Of a stretch of DNA of 52,208 bases, positions 1 to 9,169 are shown one piece after another (position 1 is the stretch's first letter; each line of letters starts with the position of its first letter). A program made the position numbers and the translations under genes. Under the pieces are notes generated by a model. The model did no database searches. It was not told where the DNA came from and saw nothing but the letters and a program-made list of their open reading frames with translations. The stretch spans positions 1 to 52,208 of the forward strand of contig JAZUPS010000014.1 of NCBI GenBank assembly GCA_045605305.1. Reading direction: 5' to 3'. Source of the stretch: Victivallaceae bacterium (GTDB lineage: Bacteria > Verrucomicrobiota > Lentisphaeria > Victivallales > Victivallaceae).

Positions 1-180
1 TAGCTTCGCCCTCAACCGGGGCTGCGGCGGAACAAGCCGGTGGCGCATTGCGGGCAATCTCCCGGCAAATCTGCGGGCGTGTTTGCACTCGTGTACGACA
101 GTACCCTTCCTGCCCCACGCCTTGAGTTACCCGCGACCTTACCCCGCACTGCCTCCACCGCGTGGAGCTGACCCGTGTAT
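1..180 (+). repeat. GC-rich non-coding element, apparent paralog of part of the 13.9-14.06 kb intergenic region
   Basis: No ORF >=60 aa in the track on either strand. By-eye alignment of 45-175 (+) with the reverse complement of ~13935-14060 shares several blocks: GGGCAATC-CCGG, TTTG, a GTAC-N4-GTAC hairpin (93-104 here, 14000-14011 there) and CCTTaCC-GCA-ACT-CCACC. The alignment is approximate (~60% identity). Function unknown. Confidence 0.35.
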
Positions 181-186
181 GCCGGG

Positions 187-215
187 TTGACAAATCACAA
201 CTTATGTGATATGTT
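187..215 (+). promoter_or_regulatory. sigma70-like promoter candidate for the gene at 336
   Basis: TTGACA (187-192), 17-nt spacer, TATGTT (210-215) preceded by TG at 207-208 (extended -10 form TGaTATGTT). About 120 nt upstream of the ATG at 336. Confidence 0.4.
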
Positions 216-335
216 CTATACGTTGATGGAAATGTTTGGGTATAAGTTCCGGTTTGGTTATAACAAGATTTGGAAGATTATCAAAAAATAACGGCGCATA
301 ACGGAGTGCCGCTAAAATAAGGAAAGAGTAGAAAA

Positions 336-989
336 ATGAAAAGTTACACCATTAAAAAATCTGCAGTCCCGGTGGATCTTGCCGCCGGTTGGGAATCTGA
401 AATGTGGGCGAATGCCAACATCGCTGTTGTCGATTACGGCTTTGAACAAAACAGCGACCACACCCCCAAGGTTCAGCTGAAAATGCTCTTTGACGGCAAA
501 AATATCTGCGGTTTGTACCGGGTGGAAGACCGTTATGTGGTCGCCAGAGCGGAAAAAGATCAGGATATGGTCTGTCAGGATAGCTGTGTGGAGTTCTTCG
601 TTCAGCCTGCCGGCAGTGAATATTACTTCAATTTTGAGATGAATTGCGGCGGAACCTTCCTCCTCTACCGCTGCGGCGATCTGAAGAAAAAAGATTTCAT
701 CGTCATCCCCGATGAGGATATGAAAACCTTCGGCCGTTACCACACCATGCCTTCAAGGATCACTGAAGAACTCACTGAACCTGTGACCTGGTATCTGGGT
801 TTTGCCATTCCGGTGGAGTTTTTCGTCAAATACACCGGCTGTGCCGTTCCGGAATCCGGAACCGTCTGGACTGCCAACTTCACCAAATGTGCCGACCGCT
901 CTTCCCACCCCACCTGGCTGAGCTGGATGCCGCTTGAAAAGTGTTGTTTCCACGTTCCGGCGGAATTCGGTCAATTCATCTTTGAGTGA
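336..989 (+). CDS. CBM9/DOMON-like carbohydrate-binding domain protein
   Basis: 217-aa ORF with a purine-rich RBS region (AAGGAAAGAG) upstream. Aromatic-rich beta-sandwich pattern (WESEMWANANIAVVDY...VQLKMLFDGKNICGLYRVED...CVEFFVQP...YFNFEMNCGG). The same domain type recurs inside the 1109-aa protein at 19442. The antisense ORFs 312-743 and 753-1436 look like shadows. Confidence 0.6.
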   Translation: MKSYTIKKSAVPVDLAAGWESEMWANANIAVVDYGFEQNSDHTPKVQLKMLFDGKNICGLYRVEDRYVVARAEKDQDMVCQDSCVEFFVQPAGSEYYFNFEMNCGGTFLLYRCGDLKKKDFIVIPDEDMKTFGRYHTMPSRITEELTEPVTWYLGFAIPVEFFVKYTGCAVPESGTVWTANFTKCADRSSHPTWLSWMPLEKCCFHVPAEFGQFIFE

Positions 990-998
990 GGTGAAAAA

Positions 999-1577
999 GT
1001 GAAAGTACGGATCGACCGCAGTGAAATGCTCTATTCCGGCAAATTTCTTGCCTGCCGGAAAATTTACTATACCGATGCCCACGGCGTTGACCGGAACTGG
1101 GAAGCGGTCGACCGTACCGGCAGTTCCGGCGTGGCTCATGCGGTGTTTATCGTGGCGAAGATCGTGCCGGATAACGAGTTGGTGCTTATCCGCCAATTCC
1201 GTCCGCCTGCCGGAAAATTGATGGTGGAGTTTCCCGCCGGATTGATCGACCCCGGCGAAACTCCCGAAGTCACCGCCGTGCGTGAACTCTATGAAGAGAC
1301 CGGCTTTGAGGGCAAAGTCCTCAGCTGCACCACCGGCGGTTACAGTTCTCCCGGCATGACCGGGGAATCCATCGTACTGGCGGCAATGGAGATCAACGGA
1401 ACCCGTTACCCCGGCGGCATGATCCCCCCGAACCATCAGGAAGAGAGCGAAAATATCGAAGTTTTCCGGGTGAAGATCAGCGAACTTGCCGGATTTGTCA
1501 AAAAGATGGAAATGGATGATTGCGGCGTGGACAGCAAAATCTATACCGCATTGGCGTTTCAGGCTTTCGGTTGGTGA
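999..1577 (+). CDS. NUDIX hydrolase (ADP-ribose pyrophosphatase-like)
   Basis: Nudix box GX5EX7REUXEEXGU is present as GLIDPGETPEVTAVRELYEETGF. GTG start 10 nt after the upstream stop; the stop lies 2 nt before the uvrA ATG. Confidence 0.85.
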   Translation: MKVRIDRSEMLYSGKFLACRKIYYTDAHGVDRNWEAVDRTGSSGVAHAVFIVAKIVPDNELVLIRQFRPPAGKLMVEFPAGLIDPGETPEVTAVRELYEETGFEGKVLSCTTGGYSSPGMTGESIVLAAMEINGTRYPGGMIPPNHQEESENIEVFRVKISELAGFVKKMEMDDCGVDSKIYTALAFQAFGW

Positions 1578-1579
1578 AA

Positions 1580-4417
1580 ATGGTTGAAAACATCATTATC
1601 CGCGGTGCAAGTCAGCACAATTTGAAAAATATCGACCTGACCATCCCCCGCAACCGCTTGGTGGTGATCACCGGTTTATCCGGTTCGGGCAAGTCTTCTC
1701 TGGCTTTCGACACCCTTTACGCCGAAGGACAGCGGCGCTATGTGGAAAGTTTATCCGCTTACGCCAGACAGTTCCTCGACCTGATGCAGAAACCCAAAGT
1801 CGATCATATCGAAGGTCTCGCCCCGGCTATCGCCATTGAACAGCGCAGTGCCGGTGGCACGCCCCGCTCCACCGTCGCCACAGTGACGGAAATTTACGAC
1901 TATCTGCGTCTGCTTTACACCCATTGCGGCACGCCCCACTGTCCGAAGTGCGGCAAGGAGCTTGCCTCCCAATCCGCTGAAGCGATCACCCTGCAGTTGA
2001 TGGCGCTGGATGCCGGGAGCAAACTCACCATCCTTGCTCCGGTGGTTTCCGGTCGCAAAGGTGAACACCGGGATATATTGGAAAAGCTCCGCAGTGACGG
2101 CTTTATCCGCGCCCGTATCGACGGCGCAACACTCATGCTGGATGATGAGAATGAACCGCTGGAAAAAAATCTGCGCCACACCATCGAAGCAGTGGTAGAC
2201 CGGTTGAAAACCGGTTCAGTTGACCGTTCCCGTCTGACCGATTCGGTGGAAACGGCATTGAAACACGGCAACGGGGTGTTGACGGCGCTCATTGAAAAAG
2301 ACGGCGAAGTTACCGAAAAGAGTTTCTGTGAAAAACTTGCCTGTATCGATTGCGGCATCTCTTTCGGCGAAATGCTCCCGCGCAACTTCAGTTTCAACTC
2401 CCCCTACGGCGCCTGCAAATGCTGCAACGGCTTGGGAGTTCAACTCTGCATGGACCCGGAAAAAGTCGTTCCCGATCCCTCGCTTTCACTGAAAAACGGT
2501 GCGATTCCCGGCTGGCGGCGCGGTCCGCGCCATCTGATAATCTACTACAATATGATCCTGCGGAAATTTGCCGAACAATTCGGCGATCCCTCCCTTCTGA
2601 CCACGCCCTTTGCCAAACTGCCGGAAGATTTCAAACACAAACTGCTCTACGGTACCGGCAGCAACAATCTGGAATTTGATTACTACATGCACGGCAAAAA
2701 ATACCATTGGGCAAAGCCCTTTGAGGGAGTTCTGGAAAATCTCCGCCGCCGGATGGTGGAAACGGAGTCCGATTCCGTGCGGGAGCGGCTGGCGGCGTAT
2801 CAGAGTCCCCGGTGTTGTCCGGAGTGTCACGGCGACCGGCTCAATCCGCTGGCGCTTTCAGTGACTGTCGGCGGCAAAAATCTGGCTCAATTCAACGCCA
2901 TGAGCATCATTCAGGCAAAGGAGTTCGTCTCTTCGCTTCAACTCAATGAAGAACACTCCGTTATCGCCGCCGATGTGATCAAAGAGATCGGCAGCCGCCT
3001 CACCTTTCTTTGCGACGTGGGGTTGAACTACCTCACCCTCAACCGGGTAAGCAGTACCCTTTCCGGCGGAGAGGCTCAGCGGATCCGCCTTGCCACCCAG
3101 CTTGGCTGCGGTCTGGTGGGAGTATTGTACATCCTTGATGAACCTTCCATCGGTCTGCATCAGCGGGATAACGACATGCTTCTTGCCACACTGGAAAAAC
3201 TCCGGGATCTGGGCAACAGCGTCATTGTGGTGGAGCATGACCTTGACACCATCTGCCGGGCGGATTACCTGGTGGATCTCGGCCCGGCAGCGGGGGTGAA
3301 CGGCGGAGAGATCGTCGGAATCGGAACTCCGGAAGAGATCCCCTCATTTCCCCGCTCACTGACCGGGGATTTCCTCGCCGGCAGACGTAAAATCGCCGTC
3401 CCGGCAGTGCGGAACAAGGGCAACGGCAATTTCATCACCGTCAAAAAGGCATCATTTCACAACCTGAAAAATGTCACCGTGAAGTTTCCTCTCGGCACCC
3501 TCACCTGCATTACCGGAGTTTCCGGTTCGGGGAAATCCTCTCTGGTCAACGGTATTCTGGTGCGGGCGCTCAATGCCGCAAAAAATATTCAGGATGAACC
3601 TGTGGGCGCCTGTGAAGCAGTTGAAGGTCTGGAAAATGTGGATAAAGCGATCGTTATCGATCAGAGTCCCATCGGCAGAACTCCCCGCTCCAACCCCGCG
3701 ACTTACACCGGAGCCTTTGACATTATCCGCAAACTTTTTGCCGAAGTGCCGGAAGCGAAAATGCGGGGTTACAATCAGGGCAGATTCAGCTTCAACCTCA
3801 AAGGCGGCAGATGCGAAGAGTGCGCCGGAGACGGCATCCGCAAAATCGAAATGCAGTTCCTCGCCGATGCCACAGTCACCTGTGCTGCCTGCGGCGGCAA
3901 ACGTTTCAACAATGAGACTCTGCAGGTGCGCTACAAAGGGCTGAATATCCATGAAGTTTTGGAATTGACCATTGATCAGGCATTGGAATTATTCTCCAAT
4001 ATCCTGCCTTTGAAGCGGAAACTGCAGACTCTTCAGGATGTGGGTCTGGGTTATCTGAAACTCGGTCAGAGCGCCACCACCTTATCCGGCGGCGAAGCCC
4101 AGCGGATGAAACTTGCCTCTGAGTTGTCAAGAGTACCCAAAGGTCACACGGTCTACATCCTTGATGAACCTACCACCGGACTGCATCTGGCAGATATAGA
4201 TCAACTGCTCAAAGTGCTTTTCCGTCTGCGGGATATGGGCAACAGTGTCTTTGTTATCGAACACAATCTGGATGTGATCAAAACCGCCGATCACCTGATC
4301 GATCTTGGCCCGGAGGGGGGCGACGGCGGCGGCAGACTTATCGCCTGCGGCACGCCGGAAGAGGTCAGCAAAAACCGCTCATCCCATACCGCCAGTTTTC
4401 TCCGGAAACTCCTGTAA
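1580..4417 (+). CDS. uvrA: excinuclease ABC subunit A
   Basis: Two ABC modules (Walker A GLSGSGKSS and GVSGSGKSS; signature LSGGEAQR twice; Walker B ILDEPS/ILDEPT). Zinc-finger CxxC pairs (CPKCG, CIDCG, CPECHG, CEECAGDG...CAACGG). The conserved N-terminus MVENIIIRGASQHNLKNIDL begins at the ATG at 1580, so the track start at 1520 is an upstream extension. Confidence 0.97.
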   Translation: MVENIIIRGASQHNLKNIDLTIPRNRLVVITGLSGSGKSSLAFDTLYAEGQRRYVESLSAYARQFLDLMQKPKVDHIEGLAPAIAIEQRSAGGTPRSTVATVTEIYDYLRLLYTHCGTPHCPKCGKELASQSAEAITLQLMALDAGSKLTILAPVVSGRKGEHRDILEKLRSDGFIRARIDGATLMLDDENEPLEKNLRHTIEAVVDRLKTGSVDRSRLTDSVETALKHGNGVLTALIEKDGEVTEKSFCEKLACIDCGISFGEMLPRNFSFNSPYGACKCCNGLGVQLCMDPEKVVPDPSLSLKNGAIPGWRRGPRHLIIYYNMILRKFAEQFGDPSLLTTPFAKLPEDFKHKLLYGTGSNNLEFDYYMHGKKYHWAKPFEGVLENLRRRMVETESDSVRERLAAYQSPRCCPECHGDRLNPLALSVTVGGKNLAQFNAMSIIQAKEFVSSLQLNEEHSVIAADVIKEIGSRLTFLCDVGLNYLTLNRVSSTLSGGEAQRIRLATQLGCGLVGVLYILDEPSIGLHQRDNDMLLATLEKLRDLGNSVIVVEHDLDTICRADYLVDLGPAAGVNGGEIVGIGTPEEIPSFPRSLTGDFLAGRRKIAVPAVRNKGNGNFITVKKASFHNLKNVTVKFPLGTLTCITGVSGSGKSSLVNGILVRALNAAKNIQDEPVGACEAVEGLENVDKAIVIDQSPIGRTPRSNPATYTGAFDIIRKLFAEVPEAKMRGYNQGRFSFNLKGGRCEECAGDGIRKIEMQFLADATVTCAACGGKRFNNETLQVRYKGLNIHEVLELTIDQALELFSNILPLKRKLQTLQDVGLGYLKLGQSATTLSGGEAQRMKLASELSRVPKGHTVYILDEPTTGLHLADIDQLLKVLFRLRDMGNSVFVIEHNLDVIKTADHLIDLGPEGGDGGGRLIACGTPEEVSKNRSSHTASFLRKLL

Positions 4418-4426
4418 AACTGCGGT

Positions 4427-5269
4427 TCAAATCAAAGATCCGCAACTCTCCTTTGCCTTCAGCACTGTTCGATAACAAATTTCCCTTGCAGAAATTTCAG
4501 GATTTGCCAGAAGTGCTTCACCGGCGCACTCTGCCAGAGAACCGTAGAAACAGAATTTATTCATACTGTTCAGTTTTTTCCGGAAAAGTCTGCTCAGATC
4601 ATTGAATACCCAGCTCAACTGCCGGGCATGGGAGGTGGTCACTTCCAGAGGAGCGGGATAAAATCCGAACTCCCCCGGAATATTCTGCTTTTTCAGGGTG
4701 ATGACCACCCGCGCCCCGATCCAAAGATGTTTGGCTTTCGGCAGCGGTCCGGATGATTTGAGAAACTCAAGCATCTCTTCGATCCCCCTTGCGGCATCGG
4801 GGATATTTTTATCCTGCCACAACGTGTATCCGGTATCCGCTTCAGGAGCAAAAGCATCGGGGATGCCCCACTCCTGAGCGCCGGTGGAACAAATTTCCCG
4901 GTAACGGCCGGAAAACGGTCTGCGGTTACGGAAATCCTTGTACTCTTCAGTCATGGTGTAGACCCATGCCTTGCGGAACACCCCCCGGTTATCGGTAACA
5001 TCCACCTCGATTCTGGTGTAATATCCGGGGTAGCCTTCAAAGTGATCCAGAGCCGCCAGATCGTTGGCGCTTATCTGATAAAGAGCGCCATTGACCCACT
5101 CCCCGGGAGCCGGTTCAATATCCGCGTAAGTGCGTTCAGCCAGCGCCCATCCGGGAAGAGCGGCAGTTGAAATGCCGACTGATTCCGGGCAGCGCCTTGT
5201 CATCTGTTCCCGGTTGAGGTTGCTGCCGTAGGCAAAGTAAAGATAATTTTTCATTGCAGTCTCCGTCAA
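4427..5269 (-). CDS. gamma-glutamylcyclotransferase (AIG2/GGCT-fold) domain protein with ~140-aa C-terminal domain of unknown function
   Basis: N-terminal YFAYGSNLN...WVNGALYQI...LDHFEGYPGYYTRIEV matches the GGCT/GGACT YGSL motif and catalytic Glu context. The TTG start overlaps the stop of the upstream AAA gene by 4 nt; the ATG at M6 is an alternative start. Converges on uvrA with a 9-nt gap. Confidence 0.75.
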   Translation of the reverse strand: MTETAMKNYLYFAYGSNLNREQMTRRCPESVGISTAALPGWALAERTYADIEPAPGEWVNGALYQISANDLAALDHFEGYPGYYTRIEVDVTDNRGVFRKAWVYTMTEEYKDFRNRRPFSGRYREICSTGAQEWGIPDAFAPEADTGYTLWQDKNIPDAARGIEEMLEFLKSSGPLPKAKHLWIGARVVITLKKQNIPGEFGFYPAPLEVTTSHARQLSWVFNDLSRLFRKKLNSMNKFCFYGSLAECAGEALLANPEISAREICYRTVLKAKESCGSLI

Positions 5270-7572
5270 AAACCCATTTTATGAACGACCTCACCCAGAC
5301 CACGGCTGCCGGAACCGGAAGTTTTGCTCAAAACTTCGCTTGCAAGCGCCTCAATGATCTCGGAGTTGGAAAGTTTCCCGTCACTGAGATAGAAAAACTG
5401 CTGACGCACATTCCGGAAATCACTGGGAGTAAGTTTATCTATTTCAAAGAGTCTCTTTTTCTGAGCTTCAGTAAGTTTTTTCAGATTCATCGGTCTGGTA
5501 AAATAGACGTCGTAAAACACCTCCTTGCCCGGATCGTCAAGATAATCGAATTGGAGCCGGAAAGAGAAGCGCCGCAAGGCAGCCTGATCGATCCGCTGCA
5601 GCAAATTGGTGCTGCCGATAAAAATTCCCCGGAAACGATCCATTTCACTGAGCAGAGTATTGACTTGACTGACCTCCCAGCTTCTGACCGCACCATCCCG
5701 GCTGGAGAGCATGGAATCCAGTTCATCCATATAGAGGATAGAATTTTCAGCTTCCGCCTCGGCGAAGGCATTGGCGATCCTCTGCTCAGTGCCGCCGACA
5801 TACTTATTGAGCAGATCACTGGCGGTTTTGACGCAGAGTTTTTTATCCAGAACCTTTGCCAGATATTTTACAAACTCACTTTTGCCGCTGCCGGGAACAC
5901 CGGCAAGGAGGATCGACAGCCGGGGCTGATCCCGGTCGGCAACAATATCTCCGGACTTTTTCAAATAGTTTTTACATGCCTCCACCAGCCGGGGGAGCTG
6001 AATACCGCTGCGGATATTCAACCCCTCCAGAGAGTAATCCCTTGCCGGTTCGTGTTCTTCCGGAGTTTCCGGGATGCCCAGAAGATTGCAATGGGCTTTG
6101 AGAAATTCCATGACCTCTTTTTCAAAAACAAGTTCCGGATTTTTTCCACAGATGGCGGCGGCATTTTTCACTGAAATGGAGACTCCTCCGGCATTGACAT
6201 GGTAACGCCGGGAAACTCTTTCAATAAAAGCCTCGCTGAGTTTATTTTCGCAATGGTAAAACTCCAGAGCATTTTGCCAGATGTGCTTTCGTGCCATAGA
6301 GGAAAGATCGTCAAAAAAGACCGAATAATCAAACCGTCTCCGGGAACTGGGATCAATATCTTCATGTTTGCTGTTGGCGATCCACAAAATGGAGTGGCAG
6401 GAGGAGTCAAGAACGCTGTTGAGCTGCCCCTTTGCCTCCCCGTCCCGGCTGTTTCTGACATTGAGACCGAAAAGGCTCATCAATCCGCCGCCGAAAGAGT
6501 CGTTGGCAAGCATCTTATCCGCTTCATCCACGACCAGAATAGAGGTTTCCGGGGCGAGCTGTTTCTGAGCGACCGCCAGCGCCGCATAGCGGAAAGCCGG
6601 ACTGTAACTCATCTTTTTGCTGTCATCATTATTTTGAGCGATGAAATAGAGATCTCGGCCCAGTTCGTTTGCCAGACTGACGGCAAAACTGCTCTTGCCG
6701 CTGCCGGGGACACCGAAAAGGAGAATATTATTCTGATTTTTGGCTTTGATCATCCGTTTCAAAACAGTTCCGTGTTTTTCCGCCAGCTGACCATGGAAGT
6801 TCCACGGCAAAACTTCGCCCCGGTATTTCGTCCAAAACCTCTCGGCAAGGGGCTTGGAACTGATTCCGGAAAGATATGAGAGGAAGGTCTGATCCAGTTC
6901 CATATCATCATCCAGAAGTCCGTATTTGCGGATATTATTCTCATCTTTGAGAAGTTCAGCGGTTTCCACCTCAAGGAGACCGAGGATGCGGGAAGCGGCT
7001 TCCACCTTTTCCGCCGAGCGGTAACGGTTGATATCGAAGTCGCCCAATTCGCACACCCTGGTCTGACTGAGGAATACCGCGACCAGCAGGTGAAACTCCC
7101 GGTCATTGAGGTCAAAGATCTTTTTCATCTCATTGAAACGGATATTCACGGCGGATTTTTCCCGTTCCTCATTTTCGACCAGAGTTTTGTACTGCAAAAC
7201 CCGTTTATCGTAAATAAGTTTGAGTGCCTTCCACATCTTGCGGCGGTAAACCGGATTTTTACTGAGATAACTGATGATGTCATCGGGGTCCTCCTCGCCG
7301 ATCTCCGGCGGGGTGCGGTGACTTCTTGAGGCGGCAAGATTTTTCCGGCTCTCGCGGCTGATGATCCGGTCATACAATGATGCAAGTTCATCGGCGGTGA
7401 CATACTCTGCCACGGCGTTGAACCAGTCATGATCACCGGAGGTTTTCACACCGATCACATTGAGAATATTCCGGATACCGATACAGGTGTAATAGGCTTT
7501 GAAAAAGTCCACACCTTTACCGAACAACCGCTGATTTTCCACTTTGCTGATAAGAGAATTATTGTTTTCCAT
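5266..7572 (-). CDS. tandem AAA+ ATPase (unique ~270-aa N-domain plus two AAA modules, the second of classical-AAA type)
   Basis: Walker A twice (LLFGVPGSGKSS, LLAGVPGSGKSE). Walker B ILVVDEADK and ILYMDELDS. The second module has an SRH-like region, GSTNLLQRIDQAALRRF. 768 aa. Confidence 0.85.
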   Translation of the reverse strand: MENNNSLISKVENQRLFGKGVDFFKAYYTCIGIRNILNVIGVKTSGDHDWFNAVAEYVTADELASLYDRIISRESRKNLAASRSHRTPPEIGEEDPDDIISYLSKNPVYRRKMWKALKLIYDKRVLQYKTLVENEEREKSAVNIRFNEMKKIFDLNDREFHLLVAVFLSQTRVCELGDFDINRYRSAEKVEAASRILGLLEVETAELLKDENNIRKYGLLDDDMELDQTFLSYLSGISSKPLAERFWTKYRGEVLPWNFHGQLAEKHGTVLKRMIKAKNQNNILLFGVPGSGKSSFAVSLANELGRDLYFIAQNNDDSKKMSYSPAFRYAALAVAQKQLAPETSILVVDEADKMLANDSFGGGLMSLFGLNVRNSRDGEAKGQLNSVLDSSCHSILWIANSKHEDIDPSSRRRFDYSVFFDDLSSMARKHIWQNALEFYHCENKLSEAFIERVSRRYHVNAGGVSISVKNAAAICGKNPELVFEKEVMEFLKAHCNLLGIPETPEEHEPARDYSLEGLNIRSGIQLPRLVEACKNYLKKSGDIVADRDQPRLSILLAGVPGSGKSEFVKYLAKVLDKKLCVKTASDLLNKYVGGTEQRIANAFAEAEAENSILYMDELDSMLSSRDGAVRSWEVSQVNTLLSEMDRFRGIFIGSTNLLQRIDQAALRRFSFRLQFDYLDDPGKEVFYDVYFTRPMNLKKLTEAQKKRLFEIDKLTPSDFRNVRQQFFYLSDGKLSNSEIIEALASEVLSKTSGSGSRGLGEVVHKMGF

Positions 7573-7598
7573 AAGTAAGCTCCTTCTTTTACAACTTA

Positions 7599-8306
7599 TT
7601 ATTGTTCAAAATCTGAATCATCATCATCGCCATTTCCGGAAACGACCCCGGAAGATCCGTCGATGGAAAGATCGCGCATTTTGCACTCCGCAAACCGGAG
7701 CGCGGTACAGTCACTGCACAAAAAATCTGCTTCGGAAAGAAAACAGCCGCGAAGTTCTCCGGCAATGGTACTGTCGTTAAAAAGTCCCTGATGAAAGTCA
7801 CAATTTACCGCATAAAGTTTCAAATCAGGGCAATAATTGAATTCAATACACTGACCGGCACAATTTTCAAAGTGCAGTTCAGCCGAAGCGTGATGGAACT
7901 CAACTCCGTGAACTTTGCAGGAGCAAAAAAATATTTCTCCGGAGGCAAAATCAAAAGAGCTTGAATCCAAATTACACTCAACAAACTCCACCCCCGCCAT
8001 CGAAGCGTAATCAAAAGCACTGCGGTGGAGCTTGCACCGGATAAATCTGACATTGGAAAATTCAGTGAAGTTAAATTCACTGCCTTCAAAGTCGATACCG
8101 GAAAATACGATACCGGAAATTTTGGAAAAGGAAAAATCCGCCCGGATAACGGAGGTATTTTCCAGAGTAAGATCACTGATCTCAATATTCAGGAAACTTA
8201 CCTCACAGCTTACGGTATTCCGGGTGTTTTTTCCGGCAATGTCAACTTTCCGGAAAAATTCTCCGGGAGCAAGGATGGTGCGTCTGGTCATATTATCATT
8301 CATCAC
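7599..8306 (-). CDS. pentapeptide-repeat protein with acidic C-terminal tail (paralog 2)
   Basis: Continuous A(D/N)LxX-like five-residue periodicity (ADFSFSKISGIVFSGIDFEGSEFNFTEFSNVRFIRCKL...). Tail is ...SGNGDDDDSDFEQ. 26-nt gap to the AAA gene. Confidence 0.8.
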   Translation of the reverse strand: MMNDNMTRRTILAPGEFFRKVDIAGKNTRNTVSCEVSFLNIEISDLTLENTSVIRADFSFSKISGIVFSGIDFEGSEFNFTEFSNVRFIRCKLHRSAFDYASMAGVEFVECNLDSSSFDFASGEIFFCSCKVHGVEFHHASAELHFENCAGQCIEFNYCPDLKLYAVNCDFHQGLFNDSTIAGELRGCFLSEADFLCSDCTALRFAECKMRDLSIDGSSGVVSGNGDDDDSDFEQ

Positions 8307-8378
8307 TGGTAAAATTCCTGTATTGCTCCCGCCCCGGCGGAAATTTTCCGGGGGCGGGAAAGGTTATGCTGAAAACTC

Positions 8379-9134
8379 TCAATCCTCATCGAATTCAAGG
8401 TCATTCAACGCCTCTTCAAAGGCTTGATCAAAAACATCGTCAAAACCTTCAGCATCTTCAGCTTCAATGCCGTGTGAGGCATTATTTTCCAGGGAAAGGG
8501 CAGAAAGATCACTGCGGTTGAACTCCGCATCACTCAGATCACTGCGGCTGATTTTGCCCGCAAGGGTGCTGTCATTGAATTCAGCTCTTCTGAGCGAAGA
8601 GGAGACGGCATCAATCTCGATTTTGGCACAGTTCGCCTCCAATCCCGTACCGTTGACAGAGGTAAGGTTCATAAAAAAGGTACTGTTATTGAAAGTGGCG
8701 CGCTCCATCATGCAGGAAACTGCAGAGAAGTTGCCGCTGGCGAAGGGGAAGTCACAGCCTTTGAGATTGCAGTTGTAAAAGTTGCAATCAGAGATAGTTG
8801 CGAATGAAAAATCGGAGTTCTCCAAAGTACAGTTTTTGAATTGGCAGTTGTTGAAGACCGCGAAATGCCCCTCCATGCGGTTCAACCTGGTCTCCTCAAA
8901 GATACAGTCGGTAAAGAGCGCGTAAGCGGCTTCGGCACCGCTGAGGTCTTCGCCTTTGAAGGTAACGCCCTGAAAGTGGAAACAGCAAAAATTCCGTGCT
9001 TCGGAACGGCTGTCGTTGTAATCGCTGCACTTCTGAACTTTGCGGGCAGCTTCCGCTGCTCCCATTACGATACGTTCAGGGGGGAAGAGCAGATTGCTCT
9101 GTGCGGCGGCGGTGTTTTCAACATTCTTTTCCAT
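8379..9134 (-). CDS. pentapeptide-repeat protein with acidic C-terminal tail (paralog 1)
   Basis: Pentapeptide periodicity (CNLKGCDFPFASGNF, AEFNDSTLAGKISRSDLSDAEFNRSDLSAL). Tail is EAEDAEGFDDVFDQAFEEALNDLEFDED. AAAGGAGAAAG RBS precedes the ATG at 9134. Confidence 0.8.
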   Translation of the reverse strand: MEKNVENTAAAQSNLLFPPERIVMGAAEAARKVQKCSDYNDSRSEARNFCCFHFQGVTFKGEDLSGAEAAYALFTDCIFEETRLNRMEGHFAVFNNCQFKNCTLENSDFSFATISDCNFYNCNLKGCDFPFASGNFSAVSCMMERATFNNSTFFMNLTSVNGTGLEANCAKIEIDAVSSSLRRAEFNDSTLAGKISRSDLSDAEFNRSDLSALSLENNASHGIEAEDAEGFDDVFDQAFEEALNDLEFDED

Positions 9135-9169
9135 AATTTCTTTCTCCTTTTATTTACGGAACTGATGAT

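Noticed and set aside
130-170. tmRNA/tRNA-like 3' end (GCCTCCACC at ~151-159)
   Set aside because: No T-arm (GGTTCGAATCC-like) or acceptor-stem complement precedes it. The match is only a short CCACC-containing string in GC-rich sequence.
1-180. RNase P / SRP / 6S RNA fragment
   Set aside because: A few short resemblances exist (e.g. GTGCAAACACGCC on the minus strand versus the RNase P AGUGCAAC...AAACCGCC region). But the universally conserved P4 strands (GAGGAAAGUCCGGGC / ACAGAACCCGGCUUA) are absent and the block order does not fit.
5254-6174. Long antisense or alternative-frame ORFs opposite well-supported genes. Examples: 5254-6174, 312-743, 753-1436, 10939-11655, 11649-12419, 13696-14610, 19898-20434, 20474-21334, 21497-22501, 25009-25875, 28903-29967, 30223-31089, 33214-33864, 34050-34691, 35522-36205, 36695-37441, 41493-42170, 42083-42721, 43241-44098, 45053-45742, 47430-48143, 48150-48722, 49809-50786
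   Set aside because: Each lies fully within a gene on the other strand or frame that has clear family motifs. Their translations are low-complexity or Arg/Gly/Pro-skewed with no recognisable motifs, as expected for shadow ORFs.
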